Position numbers and translations under genes: made by a program | Part shown: positions 60,059 to 64,000 of the stretch, in pieces | Layout: every line of letters begins with the position of its first letter | How positions within the stretch are numbered: the stretch's first letter is position 1 | NCBI GenBank assembly: GCA_965240325.2 | Contig: OZ251226.1 | Location: forward strand, 1,612,001 to 1,676,000 | Source: Rebecca billardiae RCC1528 | Lineage: Eukaryota; Protista; Haptophyta | DNA length: 64,000 nt | Reading direction: 5' to 3' | Notes under the pieces: model-generated | What the model saw: only the letters and a program-made list of their open reading frames with translations | The model's database searches: none | Told to the model about the DNA's origin: nothing

Positions 60059-61393
60059 TCATTTGCCCTGGCGGCCGACGTGCTGCATCTTCTCGCCAAG
60101 CCGGTCGAGACGGTGCAGGCTGAGGCGGTGGCCGAGCCCTTCCACAAGAGGACCACTCACGCGTGCAATGAGGCGTTTTGCTTCGCCAGCCATCGAGTCG
60201 TCAGGTGGGGGAATCAGCAGCCCCTCGTACGTGTACTCCGTCCGGACGCTCGCGCTCTCTTCCCCTGCGCCGGCTGTCTCACGCGCGCGGAGTGCGCCCA
60301 CCTCCACGGCGTACGAGCGCGTGAGCAGCCCCCACTCGGCCAGCGCGGCGATGCACGCCAGGTCCTCCTCAAAGTAGGCGCGCAGGAACTCGACCGAGCT
60401 GCTCGAGAGCGGGCGGCGGGGGCGGCCGGTGGAGGAGTCGTGCACGTGCGCCAGGACTGGCTTGAGACGGGTGCCGCTCCAGCCGAGTGCCTTGCCCAGC
60501 GCCGGCATCATCGCTGCCCAGCTCTCCTCAAAGTGCTCCGTCGTGCCCACGAAGGCCAGCCGCGGGCGCACCAGCTCGAGGCCGGCGAGGCCGCCCATGT
60601 AGTGCGCGATGCCGGTGAGCGCGTGCGGCACCTTGTCAAAGGCCGCGCGCAGCGCCTCCCGCGCGTGCGGTGCGGCCGCGCATACCCTCACCAGCCAGTC
60701 CAGATCCGTCCGCTTGCTGCCAGGTGCGCTGCCAAGCTGCTCGAGGCCTGGCGCGCGGCTCAGCGCGGGGAGCGTTTTGTTGAAGTACATGTTGACGTGA
60801 TTGATCAGGTGTTCACGATCGACCGTCGGCAGCACGCCGCGGTCCACCTTCAGCATGAAACCCCAGCAGGACGCGAACCGAGCGACTGGGTCGCGCACCC
60901 ACACGATCATAGGGGCGCTGAGCGCAGCAGCAGCGACCGCATCGCCGCGAGAGAGCACGGGCGTGCTCGGGTCCTGGGTCTGAAACGGGCATGCCGAGCT
61001 GTTGCTCGCAATGAGAGGGCCGCCGACCTCCTGGTACTGGCAGCGGGGCGGGATCCGTGCGTGGTTGCCGGCATTGGCCTTGCACGTGTGCACTTCGATC
61101 ACGTCATCCACGAGGCCGCGCACGCACAGCTGCGTGAGACCAGCGGTCACCGTCGAGCCTCCGGCCTTGCCGATGTGCACGGACACGAGAGTCGTGCGTG
61201 CCTCGCGCGCCGCAACTCCTGCGAATAGCACGGAGAACAGTCCCATATGCACCCGTGTCGCCTTCAAGCTCGGGCTGCCCGCGCGCCGCAGCTTCCCGAT
61301 GCAGCCCCGCGCTGCAGCTGCCCCGCCATCGCCAAGCGCCCCCATCGCGCGCGGGATCTCATAATACTGGCGTGCTCTTGCGTCTGAGGTCAT
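60059..61393 (-). CDS. Sulfotransferase family 2 (carbohydrate sulfotransferase-like)
   Basis: VHIGKAGGSTV, WVRDPVARFASCW, FVGTTEHFEES. Confidence 0.8.
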   Translation of the reverse strand: MTSDARARQYYEIPRAMGALGDGGAAAARGCIGKLRRAGSPSLKATRVHMGLFSVLFAGVAAREARTTLVSVHIGKAGGSTVTAGLTQLCVRGLVDDVIEVHTCKANAGNHARIPPRCQYQEVGGPLIASNSSACPFQTQDPSTPVLSRGDAVAAAALSAPMIVWVRDPVARFASCWGFMLKVDRGVLPTVDREHLINHVNMYFNKTLPALSRAPGLEQLGSAPGSKRTDLDWLVRVCAAAPHAREALRAAFDKVPHALTGIAHYMGGLAGLELVRPRLAFVGTTEHFEESWAAMMPALGKALGWSGTRLKPVLAHVHDSSTGRPRRPLSSSSVEFLRAYFEEDLACIAALAEWGLLTRSYAVEVGALRARETAGAGEESASVRTEYTYEGLLIPPPDDSMAGEAKRLIARVSGPLVEGLGHRLSLHRLDRLGEKMQHVGRQGK

Positions 61394-61574
61394 GGGTTCA
61401 AAACCAGTTTCCAGGTCTCTCTTCGGAGAGCGTGCGATGAAGGATGGCGCGGCAACCTGCCACCGTGAGCCTTACGCACGTTAAAACAAATAAACTGTAT
61501 CGGGCAGAACCTCATAAAAACCACACCCGGAGTCCCGGACAGCCGGACAGCTTGATCGCGCAATTCGTCGCGCG

Positions 61575-62216
61575 ATGGCGGCTTCCGCCCTCGTCGTCAT
61601 GGCCGTGCAAGCCCTGGGCACAAGCAAGCTGCACGCTCGACGGACAGTCGTGCTCCGCGCGAGCGCCGTGTTTGCAGCGCTTCCACTGGCGCCGGCCGGC
61701 GCACTCGACTTGCGCAAGTATACAGCCCTCGCGCCTCTTGGCAACGCAGGTCACTTTGGTGGTGAGAAGCGCACAGGCCTCCGGCTCGCAGAACTCGCGG
61801 AGATCTTGAAGCGTGACGTGACCAGCGGCGCCAGTGGGCGTGGCAGCTACCTCCTCACCGGCGATCTGACCCCCGAGATCTTCCGAGATGACTGCCGCTT
61901 CGCCGATCCGACAAACGTCGCCGAAGGCCTCTCGCGATACGTGAAGGCGCTTGGCATCCTGTTTGAGCCGTCGCTGTCCACGCTCGAGCTCCTTGAAGGG
62001 CCGACCGTGGACGCGAGCGATCGTGTCATCCGAGCCACGTATCGATCATCTGGTGTGCTCAAGCTGCCGTGGCGACCTCGCATCACGCCCTACGAGGCGC
62101 ATGTCACGTGGACCGTGGACGATGGCGGCCTCATCGCAGAGCAGGCACAGACGTGGTCTGTGTCGGCGTTTGAGGCGCTTCGTGAGACATTCACGCCTGG
62201 AGCCCTGTCGTCTTGA
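61575..62216 (+). CDS. SnoaL/NTF2-like DUF2358 protein, possibly plastid-targeted
   Basis: YLLTGDLTPEIFRDDCRFADPTNVAEGLSRY, LKLPWRPRI, GLIAEQAQTWSVS. Confidence 0.75.
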   Translation: MAASALVVMAVQALGTSKLHARRTVVLRASAVFAALPLAPAGALDLRKYTALAPLGNAGHFGGEKRTGLRLAELAEILKRDVTSGASGRGSYLLTGDLTPEIFRDDCRFADPTNVAEGLSRYVKALGILFEPSLSTLELLEGPTVDASDRVIRATYRSSGVLKLPWRPRITPYEAHVTWTVDDGGLIAEQAQTWSVSAFEALRETFTPGALSS

Positions 62217-62457
62217 TCTCGCGCGCGGGAGACTGCTGACTGGACACGGGCAGAAGTGCCGGTAGGTGTCGGTCTTTATCGGCAGGCGGTGCCGAGTGAT
62301 GACGACACGCGGCCACCGGCCGCGGAGCCGCCAACTGGTGCGCCGTGCAGGCAGTGCAGGCGATGACGACTGCTGAGCAGTGATGATCAGAATTCAGATG
62401 ACGAGCCGTAGCTAGCAATAGCTAGCAATAATACGTTGCTGGCAATCGATCGTCGAG

Positions 62458-63936
62458 TCATGCATATGATGACGATGATGTCGCTGCAGACGGCGGCGCT
62501 CCTGGCGCGCCGGCCGGTGCAGCGGCAGCGGCCCGATCCGCGGCGGGCGCTGGGGCAGCGGCAGAGTGCGCGTTGCTGTCCGCTGTGGCCAGCTCGACCA
62601 AGTGGCCCATCCCGGCAGCGCGCGCCGCGCTCACCAGCGGGTCGAGCCGCGGGTCGAAGTATGCCTCGCCATCGAAGAGCGGCTCGGCGCGGCGCCCGCC
62701 GAGCGAGGGCTCGAGCAGGCCGAGGTCGACGACCTCGTCGAGCCACTCCATGTCCGCGGCCGACGCAGTCGAGACGAAGGCGATCTTGTCGCGCGTGACC
62801 GGGTCGATGAACGGCGTGACGGCGTAGAAGGTGGCGGAGAAGAGCCGCGGCGCGTTGAACAGGACCGCGCGCGAGAGCCGCTCCGGGTAGTGCGCCTGCA
62901 GGATGTTCAGAGCCTCGCGCGCGACGCTGAGCGGCATGGCGTTCTGCATCGAGTACCCGCCAAAGTCGATGAGCAGGAGCCACTTGCCCTCAGCCCCGTC
63001 CTCGCCGCTCCCACCGCCCGCGCCGCCGCGCTCGCCCCCCCCCGCTGGCCGCGCGAGGAGTGCAACGCACCGCTCCATCTGATACACGAGGTGCAGCAAC
63101 TGGCGCCGAGGCTCGGAGGAGTTCTCGGCGGCGGGGCGCATGAGGAGCACGGGCCGACCGGCGCGGTCGCGGATCGGCGCGACGAACGTCTTCCCCGTCG
63201 CCGCCTCCTCGCGCACCTCCGCCATCCTCGACAGCACCTCGTCCGCACCAGAGGCGCGGCGCCATGCGAGCGTCTCGCGGAGCGCCGCCGCTGCTGCCGC
63301 GACGTTGTGGCCGCGCGCGCGCAGGTAGCGCAGCAGGCACGCGTCATCGAGGGGCATGAAGGGCGGCGGCTGCGCATCCGCGACGGCCTCGCGCAGCTCG
63401 AGCAGCGCGCGCGCCTCCTGCTCCTCGCGCGACAGCTCGCGCCACGCCTCCTCCTCGCCACTGCCGCGCCGCGCCTCGGCCGCGGCCGCCTCGGCCACCT
63501 CGGCCGCGCTCAGCTCGCCGTCGTCAGCGCCCAGCGCGGCGAGCGGCTCGGTGAGCGCCTCGAGCGAGCCCGCGCGCGGCGCGTACGGCGCGGTGGGCAC
63601 GAAGGCGAGCGTGACAGCCAGGCCCAGCGCCGAGACCACGGCGCACATCGCGAACACCGGCGCCGGGCCGAGGTCATCGACAAGCGGACGGAACGCGGCC
63701 GCGGCGACGAGCGCGCCCGCCTTGCCCGCCGCGGCGCTCAGCCCATGGCAGACCGCGCGGTGCCTCGCCGGGTAGTAGCACGCGGGCAGGGTGAAGGTGG
63801 TGCAGTTCGGCCCGAAGTTGGAGAAGAAGAACGACGCGCCGTACACGCACACGAACAGCGCCGGCCGCGCGCGGATCTGCTCGAACCAGCGCGCCATGCC
63901 ACCATACACGAGTGCGCACGCGCCAAAGCCACCAGC
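62458..63936 (-). CDS. Last exon of a PHO84/PHT1-type MFS phosphate transporter fused to a CRAL-TRIO domain (gene continues beyond window)
   Basis: FFSNFGPNCTTFTLPA..PARHRAVCHGLSAAAGKAGA; then DDACLLRYLRARG, DRAGRPVL, ILQAHYPERL..FNAPRLF..PFIDPVTRDKIAF; splice acceptor at 63937. Confidence 0.85.
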   Translation of the reverse strand, partial: AGGFGACALVYGGMARWFEQIRARPALFVCVYGASFFFSNFGPNCTTFTLPACYYPARHRAVCHGLSAAAGKAGALVAAAAFRPLVDDLGPAPVFAMCAVVSALGLAVTLAFVPTAPYAPRAGSLEALTEPLAALGADDGELSAAEVAEAAAAEARRGSGEEEAWRELSREEQEARALLELREAVADAQPPPFMPLDDACLLRYLRARGHNVAAAAAALRETLAWRRASGADEVLSRMAEVREEAATGKTFVAPIRDRAGRPVLLMRPAAENSSEPRRQLLHLVYQMERCVALLARPAGGGERGGAGGGSGEDGAEGKWLLLIDFGGYSMQNAMPLSVAREALNILQAHYPERLSRAVLFNAPRLFSATFYAVTPFIDPVTRDKIAFVSTASAADMEWLDEVVDLGLLEPSLGGRRAEPLFDGEAYFDPRLDPLVSAARAAGMGHLVELATADSNAHSAAAPAPAADRAAAAAPAGAPGAPPSAATSSSSYA

Positions 63937-64000
63937 CTGGGAGGGCGCGTGCGCGCGCGCGCGCGCGCAGGGGCCCGGGTGCGTGAGTGAGCGCGGCCGC

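Overview
Gene-dense, very GC- and CpG-rich eukaryotic nuclear DNA with short GC-rich GT-AG introns. The style resembles a haptophyte (Pavlovales-like) alga, which is an inference. Host genes: a TPR-Kelch-MYND protein, RBM25-like, a Myb/zinc-knuckle factor, a CaMK-like kinase, TRAPPC5, two sulfotransferases, a GT47 exostosin, an NPC1/Patched-family protein, CAPZB, an APC15-like protein, a putative ciliary MIP, a SnoaL/DUF2358 protein and an apparent PHO84-type transporter::CRAL-TRIO fusion. The main unexplained structure is a family of 1.7-2.1 kb non-autonomous elements: four complete copies (6920-8790 -, 9032-10715 +, 29066-30860 +, 39568-41684 +) and one degenerate copy (~30868-32705). They share A|TGGCCCGCGGTG 5' ends, an asymmetric 11-bp subterminal inverted repeat and a terminal GACCGCG-GAA-CGCGGTC hairpin ending TCA|T, but carry different cargo (an HTH + USP-protease fragment, or captured gene fragments). 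This is a Helitron2/Helentron-like architecture with unusual termini. Second, a 13.6-kb inverted duplication of a lipase::multi-TM gene is bounded by identical 103-bp G-rich blocks and has a spacer made almost entirely of mobile DNA, including a CpG-depleted TA-flanked MITE. Several pseudogenes are present, including an HRQ1/MrfA DUF1998 fragment. All calls come from manual motif recognition; no database search was run.
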